DNA of 64,000 nucleotides from the NCBI GenBank assembly GCA_964304625.1, contig OZ199839.1, forward strand, positions 7,711,166 through 7,775,165, given 5' to 3'. This document shows positions 49,333-61,639 of this stretch, in pieces (the stretch's first letter is position 1; each line of letters begins with the position of its first letter). The DNA is from Kudoa neothunni. Taxonomy: Eukaryota > Animalia > Cnidaria. Made by a program: the position numbers and the translations under genes. The notes under the pieces are model-generated. The model saw only the letters and a list, made by a program, of their open reading frames with translations, made no database searches and had not been told where the DNA came from.

Positions 49333-50605
49333 TAGTGTTTCAAGTTCAAGATGCATCGATGTCCGACCAAGATGCATTCACATCCGATCATGAAGCAAAT
49401 CTTATAGGTTCAACTGATGTAATAATTCAACCGTGAAAAAAAGAAAATACAACAAAACAAATATGACTTCACGAGATTTAATTCTAAATTTATCAGAAGT
49501 TCGTTATTTTTAATTAATTAGCTATATGACTTTAAGGAAAAAGTCCCAACTAAACAAATCGCCAAGTATGTTGGAGTTCATCCAACTACTGTCACAAGAA
49601 TTCTTAAATTGAAGGATTCTACGGGAAGTGTGGAAAAGAAAAAAATGGGAGGCAACCGACGTCAATTATTATACGACGAACACAAACGATTCCTAAAACA
49701 ACTTGTTGACGACGATTGCACCATAACATTAACATCTTTAGGGGAAATGCTAAATTCACAATATAACATCAGTGTATCCAGGAAAACGATTACTAATGTT
49801 CTTCAAGGATTTCATTATTCATTAAAAAAAATTTCCATAGTTCCTGTTGTCAGAAATCTACCCGAGAATATAGAGAAAAGAAAAAAGTAAATTATATATA
49901 ATAAATTAAAATGGAATCTAAATTAGTTATGTCATAAATTATCTTCAACAAAAGCCAAACTATTCCCTTGTTCTCTATATTGATGAAGCAGGATTCTCTT
50001 TATCAATGAGACGCTTTTTTGGAAGGTCCCCTGTTGGATCTAGAGCAAATTTAACCGTGAGAACCGTCCGCTCCAAAAATATTACATTGATAGCCGCAAT
50101 GAGCTCCCAAAAAGTATGGTCCAACCAAAGTACACGAGGGCTCAGTAAATGAAAGTATATTTTCAGAATATTTAATCCAACTTTTTATGGAGCTACAATT
50201 GGACGGTATACCAAAAGCATTGCTTATAATGGACAATGTAAGATTTCACAAAACTGATTACATCATGGATCTTGTGGCAGAAACAAATCACCCGATTCTG
50301 TTTCTACCGCCATATTCCCCGTTCCTTAACCCGATCGAGGAACTTTTCAACCAGTTAAAAAATAATAGTAAGACAAGAATCCAACAAACAAAACTGAACT
50401 CATAGAGGCGATAAATCTAGTCCGAATGATGTGACGTTTGCACAATGTCAAAACTATTGTAATCATGCGGAGAGTTATTTCCCACGATGCTTAAATAACG
50501 AAGTTATTGAAAACTAATTTATTGTTTCGATATTTAGTAATTACCTATTTTTTTCAAATAATGCATCTTGATCGGACATCGATGCATCTTGAACTTGAAA
50601 CACTG
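49333..50605 (+). mobile_element. IS630/Tc1-mariner element with ~46-bp TIRs, TA TSD and an intron-containing transposase
   Basis: TIR (C/T)AGTGTTTCAAGTTCAAGATGCATCGATGTCCGA at both ends. Motifs YIDEAGF, MDNVRFH and LPPYSPFLNPIEE. Confidence 0.9.
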
Positions 50606-51432
50606 TATTAAGCAATAATAAGGATTTTTTCGATTTATAGTTATTTTCTATAAATTTATTAATGTCAGCTAATATTAAACTGCGTATTACATCTACTAAT
50701 TATATTAACGAGAAATATACATGTTTTGGATTTGTAAATTGCGCACGCTCCAAAAAATTTTAATATTAAAACACATGTACGTAAAATGTTGGCTTAAAAT
50801 TATAAAAGTAATTATTATTACAATAAAGTTGAAAAAACATAGATTAGTTACACTTTAATAATTAAATATTACAAGTTAATTTTTATTAAAATTAGATTGT
50901 AAACGAAATCATGTGACATTATTTCAGTGGATGACACTTAATAATGTCTGCAGCTAGAATTTTGAATAATTGATTTCATAAGTTACCTTTCTTATATAAT
51001 AACTTTTTCAAGCAAAAAAATTATTTTTTCCAAAATATATTATTTATATTAGACTAGTAAGTTAGAGGAAACGTGAAATAATTAATTGATGATGAATATG
51101 TTTACTTAAAGACGTAAAAAAACGTATATTTGCTGTCTATTACAGACTCAAATCTAAACATTTCTCAGTTAAATTATTATTTGATCCAACTTAATTAAAC
51201 GCTTTAAGTTTCAAACAAGCTTAAATCGGACAATTGGAATATGCTAACTTTTAATATTATATTTTTAGTTAAGTTTTGAATTGTTTTTTTAAATTAGTCA
51301 AAATATTTAAAAATATCAAAATTCAGTGAATATGATAATTAATACTATTAAGATCACATATCGTTGTGTCTTTTGTAGAGCTAAATATTCTCGCAACATC
51401 ACGCAAATTTATGAGAAGACAATAACTATTAA

Positions 51433-51812
51433 TTAAAAATTATATATGCTTTTAATTTGTCCAATTAATTTAGTTAAGAGTTTGTCTTTACTGACTCTTC
51501 GAAAGCACCATTCAGATATATATGAAGAAATCATATCTTTTTTCTTGTTGGTGATACTTCTATACTTCCGTTTGAAGACACTCCATATACCTTCAATCCA
51601 GTTAGTGTGTACACCTGTTGAGGAGACAAATTCTTTGTCATGAATAACGGTCTCATGAAGATACCCAAGTTCGTTTAATCGTGCGTAACCACGCCATCCA
51701 TCGGAATGAATTATGGACCATCCTTCAACATGATTAGTGATGATGTTTTCTAATGTAGCAGCATCCCTTTTTTCAGTCTCCACCATAAAAACATTCCCAT
51801 TTTCATATCCAC
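51433..51812 (-). pseudogene. Merlin/IS1595 transposase 3' fragment
   Basis: IHSDGWRGY, H..EFV...GVHTNWIEG.W. Confidence 0.85.
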
Positions 51813-51814
51813 CG

Positions 51815-53482
51815 ACGCTTCAGATGTCGCCATCGCAACCATACTCTACCAGGACTTCAACGGCAAAAGGCGCGTTATCCGATATGCAAGTAGAATACTA
51901 AAGAAAGCAGAGCTAAACTATTCAACTTTTGAAAAAGAAATGCTAGCAGTGGTATTCGCAGTCAAACAATTCAATCAATATATTTATGGGAAAACGTACG
52001 ATAGTCTTCACGGACCACAACCCACTTGTTCATCTCCAATCAATCAAAGACTCACACGGCAGAGTAGCACGATGGATACTTATACTTCAAAACTATACTC
52101 TAGACATCCGCTACAGACGAGGGGCTGAAAACGCCGACGCAGATTATCCGTCTAGAGCTCATGACTCTTCAAATTCAGTAGCCGCCCGTTTCCTCAACCT
52201 CTCTGTAGATGACTGGATGAAAGTTCAAAACGAAGATACTTATTTTGGGGAAATAATAAAATCCGTCAGGAATGGTACCTATAACGGTAAACGTCAATAC
52301 GCTATTGAACAGGAACTCCTCATTCAGAAATTGGAAACCAAGACTGGAGAGATCAACCAACTCTGTGTACCTCTTAGATACAGGAAAGATGTCATGGAAA
52401 AGTTCCACGATGAGTCTACACACCCTGGCTCATACAAATCTTTTACAAACTTACGCGACCATGTATTCTGACCAGGATATGAGCTAGAGACCAAAAAATA
52501 TGTGCAGTCATGCCAAACTTGCCAGTTTCACCCGTGGTCCGCAGACAAAGCCAAATTGTTGTCACTAAAAGCCCAATCACCCTTCCAAATTATGGAGTGG
52601 GATATTGTAGGACCGCTAACGACAACACCAAGTGGGAAAAAGTATATACTATGTTGCATGGATATTTTCACAAGATATGCTATTGCTATACCACTATCAA
52701 ATACAAAATCAGAAACCCTATGTAAGATACTCATAAACGAAGTATGCTGTAAGTATGGGACACCATTACAAATTCACAGCGACAATGGGAGAAATTTTCT
52801 CTCTGACATTATAGCCAAGGTTTGTAACTCACTGGGTATAAAACTGACACATACTACTCCATATCACCCACAAGGCAATGGAGCAGTGTAGCGATTTAAT
52901 CGAACACTCAAAGCAATGATTTCAAAATTAGGCAATTTCAAAATTAGGCAAAGTTGATACATGGGACAAAGCATTACAAACACTTGTCAATCACTACAAC
53001 TCGCACGTATCCGATGCTACGGGTTTCTCACCTTTCCAACTAATGTTTGGCCGAAAGTGCAATTTCTCTATCAGCCCGTTAGTAAACTTAACATCATTCC
53101 CGTCCACCAACTCATACCTTATTTCACTGAAAAATGGCTTAAAACGCTGTTGGAACGCAGCAAGAAAAACGATCGAAAACATACAACAACAAATATATTC
53201 CTAATACTATTCACGATGGCACGAATATCCTAACAAGAAAGCCCGGAACCGACGTGTGGACAGGACCTCACCAAGTGATTAAAAGGCTTGGTCCGTCAAC
53301 CTACAAAATAAAGATTAATGAAGATGAAATAGTTTCACACAGAAACAACTTAAAAAATATACCACCTACCTTTTACCCCCGGGGTAAATGTTACCGCGTG
53401 TTTACCGTAGCTCATGCGCGGGGCATAAGTTAGTTGTTTTAAAATGAGCGGTTCTTTGGAGCGTGAGCGTGGCAGCGTTACA
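51815..53482 (+). mobile_element. Gypsy 3' fragment (RNase H, integrase, short 3' LTR)
   Basis: TDAS, EMLAVV, TDH, HSDNG and YHPQGNG motifs. LTR-like TGTTAC...GTTACA at 53389-53482 follows a GGGG tract. Confidence 0.8.
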
Positions 53483-55187
53483 GTATTATTAACGACCCCA
53501 ATATTCATATCAATTTAACTTTAAATAATGAATCAATTCCGCCCTTGGAAGATTTTCTATAAGTACTTAGGTACGACTAAAGATCTTTCCTCATTTAAGG
53601 ACGTGCTTCCTCAGTTTAAAGAGTTTAAAGATAAGCTGATTAAAATTTCTAACAGTTACTTGTATCCCTACATGAAAGCCGAAATTTTAAGAACTTATCT
53701 CTATCCTATCTTAGACTATACATTAAAAACCAATTGTATTAGGATTGAAGATTTACAAGCGCTAGACTCTTTAGTACTTAAACATGTGCGCAAATGGTTC
53801 AGCCTTCCCCAATGCTCCACTACCTCATTCTTCTATACCCCTATTAAATTAGGAGGTCTAGGTTTAAAATCCATTACAGAAGACTTTTCGCGCATTAAGA
53901 TTAGCTTCGGCATTAACAGTCTTAAACAGCGAGGATGATCGTGTTGAACAAATCGCGCAACAAACTCTACAAAACCATTGTAGCTAAACGTCACCCTAAT
54001 ACTAATGTCAATGAAATTACTAATATCCAAATAATTAATTTCCTCAACAGTGAATTTGACATCATTAACGCTAGGATATCCGAAGCCTTTTAATCGTCCC
54101 GCAAGATTAAATAGAAAAGCACTCGATGTTGAACTAATTGATGCATCGAATAATCTTAAAATTGAGCTTAATCCTGCCACTCTTTTAATTCCACCCAGCA
54201 TTTTCCGCAATCGTTTAACCGAACCCACAAAAATTAAATTATTACGTTGGCATAAACCAATGTAAGCAATTTAATAGATGGAAAGGTCAAATAGATTAGG
54301 GAAAAGCTGTCATTAGTACCCGCGCAAGATCCGCATCCAAAACATGGACAAGAAGTGGCCATATTAAAGTGACCACATGCCGCTTCGCTCTCCATGGTAG
54401 GATGAATCTGCTACCTACAAAGTAGTTCTTAAAAAAGTTAAGAAAGCGCCTGATTCTAAATGTCGCCACTGCAACTGCGAGCATGAAACTTTGGGTCATA
54501 TTCTAAGTTCATGTAAGCACGGCACGAACTTAATCATGACTAGACATAATAATGTTCTTAACTTTATACATTCTAAAATTAAACTACCAAAAAACTGGAC
54601 TAGCTTTAAAGACATGAGCATTATTCCTAATTCTAATCGTCGCCCAGACTTAGTTCTAATCAATAGGAAAAAACATAAAGCTATAATTATTGATATAACT
54701 ATTGCATATGAAAATGATCCCGTGCGATTAACTAGTGTGCGTGATGGTAAAAATAAATAAATACTTCCCAGAGAGACATACTCTAGAGAGACAAGGGCTA
54801 ATTGTCTACTCAGGGCGCATTAGTCTACGGTTCTTTAGGTAGTCATCTAGACTCCAATTTCGAATTTTATAAACTACTGGGTTCTTAAGCGCAAAGCCAT
54901 TAAAACGCATTAAAAAGACTATTACAACAATGATTCTTGAGGATAGTCACACTATCTTTAAGAATCATGTTCGTAATAGTACTAACGTCATGCATTAAAA
55001 ATTATTTTAAAAAAAAAATTTTATCAAATTTTAATTAATTAATCTTAAAAATAACCTACGAATGTCTAAAAATCCAAAAAACAAGAATCCATCCCAAAAT
55101 TCAGCAATTATCAAAAAATCACCAAAAAACACTATTAGCTAGTTAAAAACTTTTAGTTCTTTGTTAGTGGAAATATACTGTATTATT
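53483..55187 (+). mobile_element. Family A copy A' (3' part, frameshifted)
   Basis: Mostly near-identical to 22533-24255, including the 3' UTR; ends TGTATTATT. Confidence 0.9.
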
Positions 55188-55222
55188 AACGAAGGTTACT
55201 AGTTCGAACCCCTTTGAGGACG
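55188..55222 (+). pseudogene. Degenerate tRNA-Asn 3' half
   Basis: AACGAAGGTTACTAGTTCGAACCCCTTTGAGGACG; the B-box core GTTCGAACC is kept. Confidence 0.8.
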
Positions 55223-55559
55223 AAGAATCGTTTTTTTCTTATGCAAAAATCCAAAGTATTTATATTAGCTCGCGTCTGCTATAGTTTGATTGCCCATTTG
55301 ATAACAATTCTAACGATCCATATTTTTAATGTCACGCTTCTTTTTCAAACTAACGATCTCTCGAGATGTATGTATATGTACAATGTGACGTATTTAAAAG
55401 CTGGAGAAAAGGATAAAACCTTACCTCCACTTTGCAAATGCGTAGCAGAATATGTGCGCTGCACGGAGAGACTAAAAATGTATTATACAAGATTAAAATC
55501 TATAGTTAATGGTGTGACTTCCACGCAGGTCAATCTAAACGTGATTCTCGCAATGCGAC
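55188..55559 (+). mobile_element. Family B copy B'' (5' fragment)
   Basis: Matches the family B 5' UTR and DLSRCMYMY...LPPLCKCVAEYVRC. It is cut by an LTR starting at 55560. Confidence 0.9.
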
Positions 55560-56120
55560 TGTTGACGCCCACAAATGAAAATACCCTAAAGCACATGAAA
55601 CATACACGTTAGACTATCGACTTATACAATAGTAATTGTGTGTTTGCATACATCATCATTTTTCTTATACGCGTAATGAATTTTACAACAACAGGTTATG
55701 AGTCCTACACGTGAAATCCCAATTACAATATAAAGTATCTATTCAATGGAAATGGTAGTGACTATGCCCTGTGGGGAAACCAACATGTTGGCGTACATAC
55801 ATACAAAAGGGTAGAGAAAAACCATTCTGGGAATATCGGAGGATGTGGATCGTCATCAAAGGAATAATGAGCTAGCGTACGTACGCTGAATTAATACAAC
55901 TATTAGATGATAGATCAATTCAACTCATCATGAACGAATGCAATTACGAAGGTGATATGGCGGTGCAACTTCTTCGAAACTATTACATAAGTGATTATAA
56001 GGCAAGAAAAATAAATTTATACATTGAGCTTACAAGTCTTAAACACACAGAAGGATAAGATATCACGGATTACCTAATTCGTGATGAAAACATTTACATG
56101 AGACTTATTAAATCCTCAAA
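55560..56120 (+). mobile_element. Copia-like 5' fragment (LTR, PBS, gag)
   Basis: LTR TGTTG...CAACA at 55560-55693, followed at once by GGTTATGAGTCC (resembling the Copia-type GGTTATGGGCCC PBS). Gag-like FNG..SDYALW and DITDYLIR. Confidence 0.65.
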
Positions 56121-56838
56121 ATGTTCTTTTAAGAGTTTCTATATGTGTACACGCGAAGCGTTACACAATTGTCATTTTAATTGTTAGTGTGTCTTTTTCT
56201 TGCGTAAATTAAGAAATATGACAACTGGCGTGCTGATAGGATAATGGATGGCAAAGAAATAAGCGACGTACTCCAACAACATACTGCAGATTTGTAGTGG
56301 TCTGGTTGGGAATCACCAACACAAACCGGTCCCACAGTTTCATCCCCATTACGCTGAAATGGAGAACTGGTAAACTTACGTATCACGCACTAAGGAACAT
56401 TGTATAGGTCACGGGGGAGATACCTCTTGCCATAAGCCTCTATTCCTCTTATGGATCGGCTCATAATGTTACAAACTCTACGAGAAGGTTTTCTCAAATA
56501 GTGATAGACAAACCTGTAATTTTGATCATATTGTTTCAAAAGTAGAAGAATATTTGGTTTCGCGAAGCAATGAAGTCTCAGCTATGGTTAAATTCTCCAA
56601 TTGTAAATGGAAGCCGGGACAATCCTATTATGCTCAATGGGATGCGAATCTAGAAGCAGCTTAACGCATCTGCAACTTCACTTGTGACAATTGTCAATCA
56701 TCCTATGCACCACGGCTCATACGTGATATGATTATATTGAATACTCCTCAACCGAGAGTATAAGCCACCTGCGTACAGCAGCGCAACCCTCAATTACAAG
56801 ATGTAGTTAATGCTGGCGCTAGGCATTGGGTTACTAAA

Positions 56839-56999
56839 TGTTGCATGCATGAGATTAAATTCCATGCAAAGGATTAACATTTGTTTATTACTATGTAAAC
56901 GGGAATTAACGATCGACAGCACGTTATTCTTATTTTAGTGTTTTGAGCGTTCGTGTTGCGCACATTACTTTTTTTGCTGAAATAAAATCGATTACAACA
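56839..56999. mobile_element. Solo LTR (161 bp) with 5-bp TSD
   Basis: TGTTG...CAACA flanked by CTAAA (56834-56838 and 57000-57004), with AATAAA near the 3' end. Confidence 0.85.
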
Positions 57000-57057
57000 C
57001 TAAACAAGCCATTGCCTCCATAAGGGATGATTCCCTCTCTTCAAACACATAAGAATC

Positions 57058-58569
57058 GGAAGGGGGCACTGGTCAATGTGTGTGCGTATGTCACGCACGC
57101 GTGTTGGGATTATGTCGGAGAAACTTGGTGAACCTAAGTATCGAATAATCAAAACTTAAAGAAATTCTGAGATGCTTTTTTATCAGAATTACTTTTACAC
57201 TAAATATCACCCGGGTAAGATTTCACAATTCTGGAGATGTCAAAATAGGAAGTGTCCTAGAAAAATTTCGACGTCACCATTGGATCAAATTGATAAGCTT
57301 GAAATCGTCAAAGAGTATAATCATATTTTATTCGACAACGATATTTCAAAGATGTATTTTTCGGCCAATATTAAAAATTTATCGGAAATTAGTTCGTATT
57401 CCAACCATAAAGTTTATTCATAAACAATAAGCAGTGTAAAATTGTGCGATATACCAATCTTAAATAAAAATCACATCTACAAAAATATTCGCAATGTGGG
57501 AGAAATTCTGTTGTAGTCGATTTTACAAAAAATTTGCTGGAACTTCAAATAAAGACACTTCGTGGTCAAAATTTTTGTCTGTTCGACTCGGGGGTGGAAA
57601 CCTCAGACAATAGTACTATTGACTATTAATGAGCATCTTGAACATTTAAAAATTCAAGAGTGATGATTGCGAATGGTACTTTTAAGGTCTGTCCAAGAGA
57701 ATTTCTTCAACTATGTTACACGCGGAAAAATATTTTCGAATGTTTATCCACTGGTATACATATTGAAAACGAAGAAGGAGAGTGATTATTTGAAGACAAT
57801 AAACATTATTAAAAGTAAGTTAGATAATGGCTTCCCAAATTATATAATTATTGATTTCGAGGTGGCTGTGTATGTTTCTTTTAAGAAAGCAACAAAATCT
57901 AAGATATGCTTTTGCCTATTTCACTTTGGTCAATGTATTTTTAGAAAAATTCAAAATTTAGACTCAGTTAATGATTATAATCAAAATAACGAATTTAAAT
58001 TATTAGTTAAATGCCTTACCTTATAGAATATGTTCCACCCGAATATGTAGAAATGGAGAATCAGAAAGTTCTATGAAAATCATTTGGATTTACAAATATT
58101 AATCTTGTTTCGTTTTTCAACTATTTTGAAAAAAAAATTCTAAAAGGGACCAAATATCCTATCAAGTGCTGGAACGCGTATGAAAGAGCTATGAAAGATA
58201 TACCATTAATTTCAAACAACGCATAAATGTTTAACCGTCTTTTTCGTGATAAATTTGATCAGCGTCATCTAGGTCTTTCAACATTTTTTGAAAAATTAAT
58301 GGTTAATCAAAGTAATATTGAGAATGACATTGAATGCCAAATGCTTAATGTGACACGCATTTCCAATGCTATGTATAGACTAAAATTAGGCTCTCTTAAA
58401 GAAATTTGCAAAAATTATCGTGCGTATTATGACAACACGTCTCAACTTATAACTAAAATATGTCTGGGAATTAACTAATTAGCTTATGTATAGTTCATCT
58501 ATTATCGTTCAAAATATTGTTGTTATTTGCGCGTGCGTGTTCAAGGTTCCCCAGTTTTCTCTTTATGGT
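57058..58569 (+). mobile_element. FLYWCH-MULE DNA transposon 2 (decayed), flanked by an ~80-bp direct repeat
   Basis: FWRCQNRKC, IIDFE and CLFHFGQ motifs make it a relative of the 35697-37072 transposase. Weak TIR: AAGGGGGCACTGG versus CCAGTTTTCTCTT. Confidence 0.8.
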
Positions 58570-60035
58570 TGGCGAATAGGCATTCGGGTTACTAAATAAG
58601 CCATGGCCTCCATAAGAGATGACTCCCTTTCCTCAAACAAACAAGAATCTACGGTAAATCAACTACAACCTTCCTACAAGACAAAACGGGCAGAAAACAA
58701 GACTGTGAAGAGATTATTGCCGTCTTGTCCCAATTGTTTCATCGAACACGGACGTAAAAATTGTTCATACCGTTCGTCCAAATGCCACCATTGTCAAAGA
58801 ACGGGCCACACAGAAAAAATCTGTGGCGGAAAACAAGGTAAAAGTCTTAGTTACCAAGACTACCCACAACATACCTAAAAAGGATTTTTCCTCTAGCCTA
58901 AACAATATTGGAACTGGACAGCATAAGAATGGAATAATTCTAACCATCGAGCTCAACAAAAACAAAGGCCAAATTTTTTGTTGGATACCGGTGCATCCAG
59001 AACAATTATCGACTTATCTACCCATCTTCTAATAAGTAAACCTACGTTAACTCAAGCCTAAACAATCTTAATTACCCTTTTGGTGGGTTGCCGGCTTTCT
59101 AGATTGGGAGGATGTGTTGTGAACATCACCTTGAGAAATACGAAATTCCAATTACCGGTGATAATAACTAATCATTTAACTAGTGGTAACCTTTTAGGAA
59201 TGGACTGGATACCTCATTTTAAACCCTGCTTAATAACGAAATCAACAATGGTAATATTTCGAATGTTAGAACGTTGGACGAAAGTGCAATGTTCAATCAA
59301 CATGCGAAGTTTTTCTTCAGTACGAATCTTGGATGCTACAATCTTGGAAAGATCAAAATTCGTGTAAACACTTCGATACAACCGATAAGCTTGAAAGCAA
59401 GACCTTTACCCTTCTCCTTGGTTACAATGTTAAGGAATGAACTCAAACGGCTAGAGGATACAGGAGTCATCACCAAAGTTAATCACAGTGAATGAACAAC
59501 CCCCATTGTCATAGTGAGAAAAGACCAAAACAAACTGCGCCTTTGCAGTGACTTCCAAGCGACTATTAACCAGGCTCTCAAGGTTGACAAATATCCAATC
59601 TCCAGACTTGAAGAACTCTTAGATTCCAAGAAGGTAAACCTTTCTCGAAGATTAACTTGTCAGAGGCATATTTTCAGTTAGAATTCGACGCCGAAAGTAA
59701 GAAATTAACAACCATAACTACAATTCAAGGGCTCTACCTATTCAACCGCCTTCCCTTCGGAATCTCGAGTGCACCGGCCATCTTCGAAATAATCATCGAG
59801 CAACTAATATCTGACTTACCTGGAGTAGCAGCTTACTTAAACGATATAATAATCCCCGGAAAGACTTAGGAGGAACATCTCACCAATCTGAAATAGTCCT
59901 GGAACGTCTTACCCATGCAGGTCTAACCTGTAAGCGAGAAAAGTGTCACCTGTTCCAAACACAAGTGGACTATCTGGGTCACATAATAGATAAACACGTA
60001 ATTGGAGCATCAACGTCGAATGTAGATGCTGTATC

Positions 60036-60208
60036 TGTTTGGTATCGTGACCAACCGTATGATATCCGTCAAAAACCCCTAAACGATTTAAAGGGAACCA
60101 GAATTATCAGGCAGACCTACTCCGATTGCCAATAAGTGAGTAATGCGATTAGCCACAAAACGGTATAACTCAAACCTGGGTAAAATTCACACAGGAACAC
60201 CCAGAGGT
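60036..60208. mobile_element. Truncated LTR homologous to the solo LTR at 31370-31727
   Basis: Direct sequence similarity (GTGACCAACCGTA...GGAACCAGAATTATCAGG...CCCAGAG); starts with TG. Confidence 0.75.
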
Positions 60209-60214
60209 ACAAGA

Positions 60215-60545
60215 TATGACCAAGTAAAATATTCCCTAAAGTTCTCCTCCTTATAGGCGAAAGTTAAAACCCTCCATCTCACCACCAATATGAAAGTGCA
60301 ACTCAGCAACGAAGAAGGAGCCAGTCAATTCGCCCCAATAATACTACGGCTACGGATAGGTAATGATCAACATACCATTAGGCTCGATGGATATATTCCT
60401 CTATGTTCCGTGGCAAACTTGGTTTTGTCCATGGATGAATTGATAGACCGTGTTTTTCCAGAAATATAAAAAAACTTTTACAACTCTTAGCTGTCAGAAC
60501 GAGCTATCTTAAGCCCCACAAACCAATCCGTAAACAAAATCAAGA
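60215..60545 (+). pseudogene. Helitron PIF1-type helicase fragment
   Basis: Translates to LTTNMKV, LRIGN, ELIDRVFP and LSERAILSPTNQSVNKI. Confidence 0.65.
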
Positions 60546-60779
60546 TAGATTGACCCGGCTGTGAGATCTACCGACCTCCAAGATTACTCGTCCGGCGAGA
60601 TTTATACTCTGCCAGATGAATAATAATATTTTTATGAACAACTCACTAAAAGTCACGTACACTTAAATCAAATATTCAACAGGTGTGACGTCATCACCGA
60701 TTCATCATGCGCTACTACGTTATATAAACATAGTCTGTACGAGTCTAGTAGTTGTTAATCTACCTAGTTTTTAAGCGCA

Positions 60780-61635
60780 TAGCTATGGCTCTCACATCTG
60801 GCGCATTGAGCAGGATTGATGCATTCGACGGAACTCTGTGCGTTTCAACTTGGTTGGAAAAATTGGAGAGATGCTTAAAACTCTCCGGCCTGGTAAAAGC
60901 AAATTGGACAAGTTATTCGTTAGTTTTGTTGTCTACAGGGGAGTCATTAATGCGGGTATTAACGACGAAAGCGACTTTGACGATCTGAAGGTAACGATGT
61001 TAGATTGTTACGATATCAAAAAATCGTCCTTCTTGCTTCAAACGGAATTTGCCGGAATATTTCAATATTGGAGAGGACGTCAAAGGTCTCTGTGACAGAC
61101 GGATCAGTCTATGGAAATTGGCTTATAAAGGCTCGTACGAGGATTTGCTACAAGGGACCCTATGTAACCAGTTTCCCAAAGGGATCAGTGGCGTGGAGAT
61201 ATGCAACCTCCTACTGACCACCGACTTGGATAATCTCTAAAATGCACTGTCGATGGTCCAAAAACTCATGTTGTGCCCCCAGACTACGGAAGCAACGCGA
61301 AAATTCACACCGAGGAAAAAGTGGACGTCAAAACACTAAAGGAAAAAATTGAAGATTTACAAAATGTTGTAAACGACATGAAGAAATCCATGTCAATCGT
61401 ATCGACTAACCCTACCGGCAGATATCGAACCAACAAAAGAAACTTTTGTTTCACGTGTGGAAAGCCGGTCCACATTGCCAATAGATGCTCTGGACGATTT
61501 AGAAATAATAAATATACCAATAAATTTAGATATTCATACTTCAGTGGTTTTCTAACAGCGGCGAAAAGTTTCATTACCATTCATCTAAAACTAAATGGCG
61601 TACACGTTTCCGATCTTGTGGGATACTGGCTCAGA
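60780..61635 (+). pseudogene. Gypsy gag/protease fragment
   Basis: CFTCGKPVHIANRC knuckle and a DTGS remnant at ~61622. Confidence 0.7.
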
Positions 61636-61639
61636 AAGA

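Larger units (their letters stand above)
56300..60035 (+). mobile_element. Decayed Gypsy element (gag, protease, RT) with nested insertions
   Basis: CHHCQRTGH...C knuckle, LDTGA protease at 58981, RLPFGISSAPAIF and YLND RT motifs. The left boundary is approximate. Confidence 0.8.

Noticed and set aside
18582-55222. Repeated 36-bp unit as a CRISPR repeat or phage att site
   Set aside because: The spacing is kilobases, the unit is a tRNA 3' half, there are no cas or integrase genes, and the context is eukaryotic.
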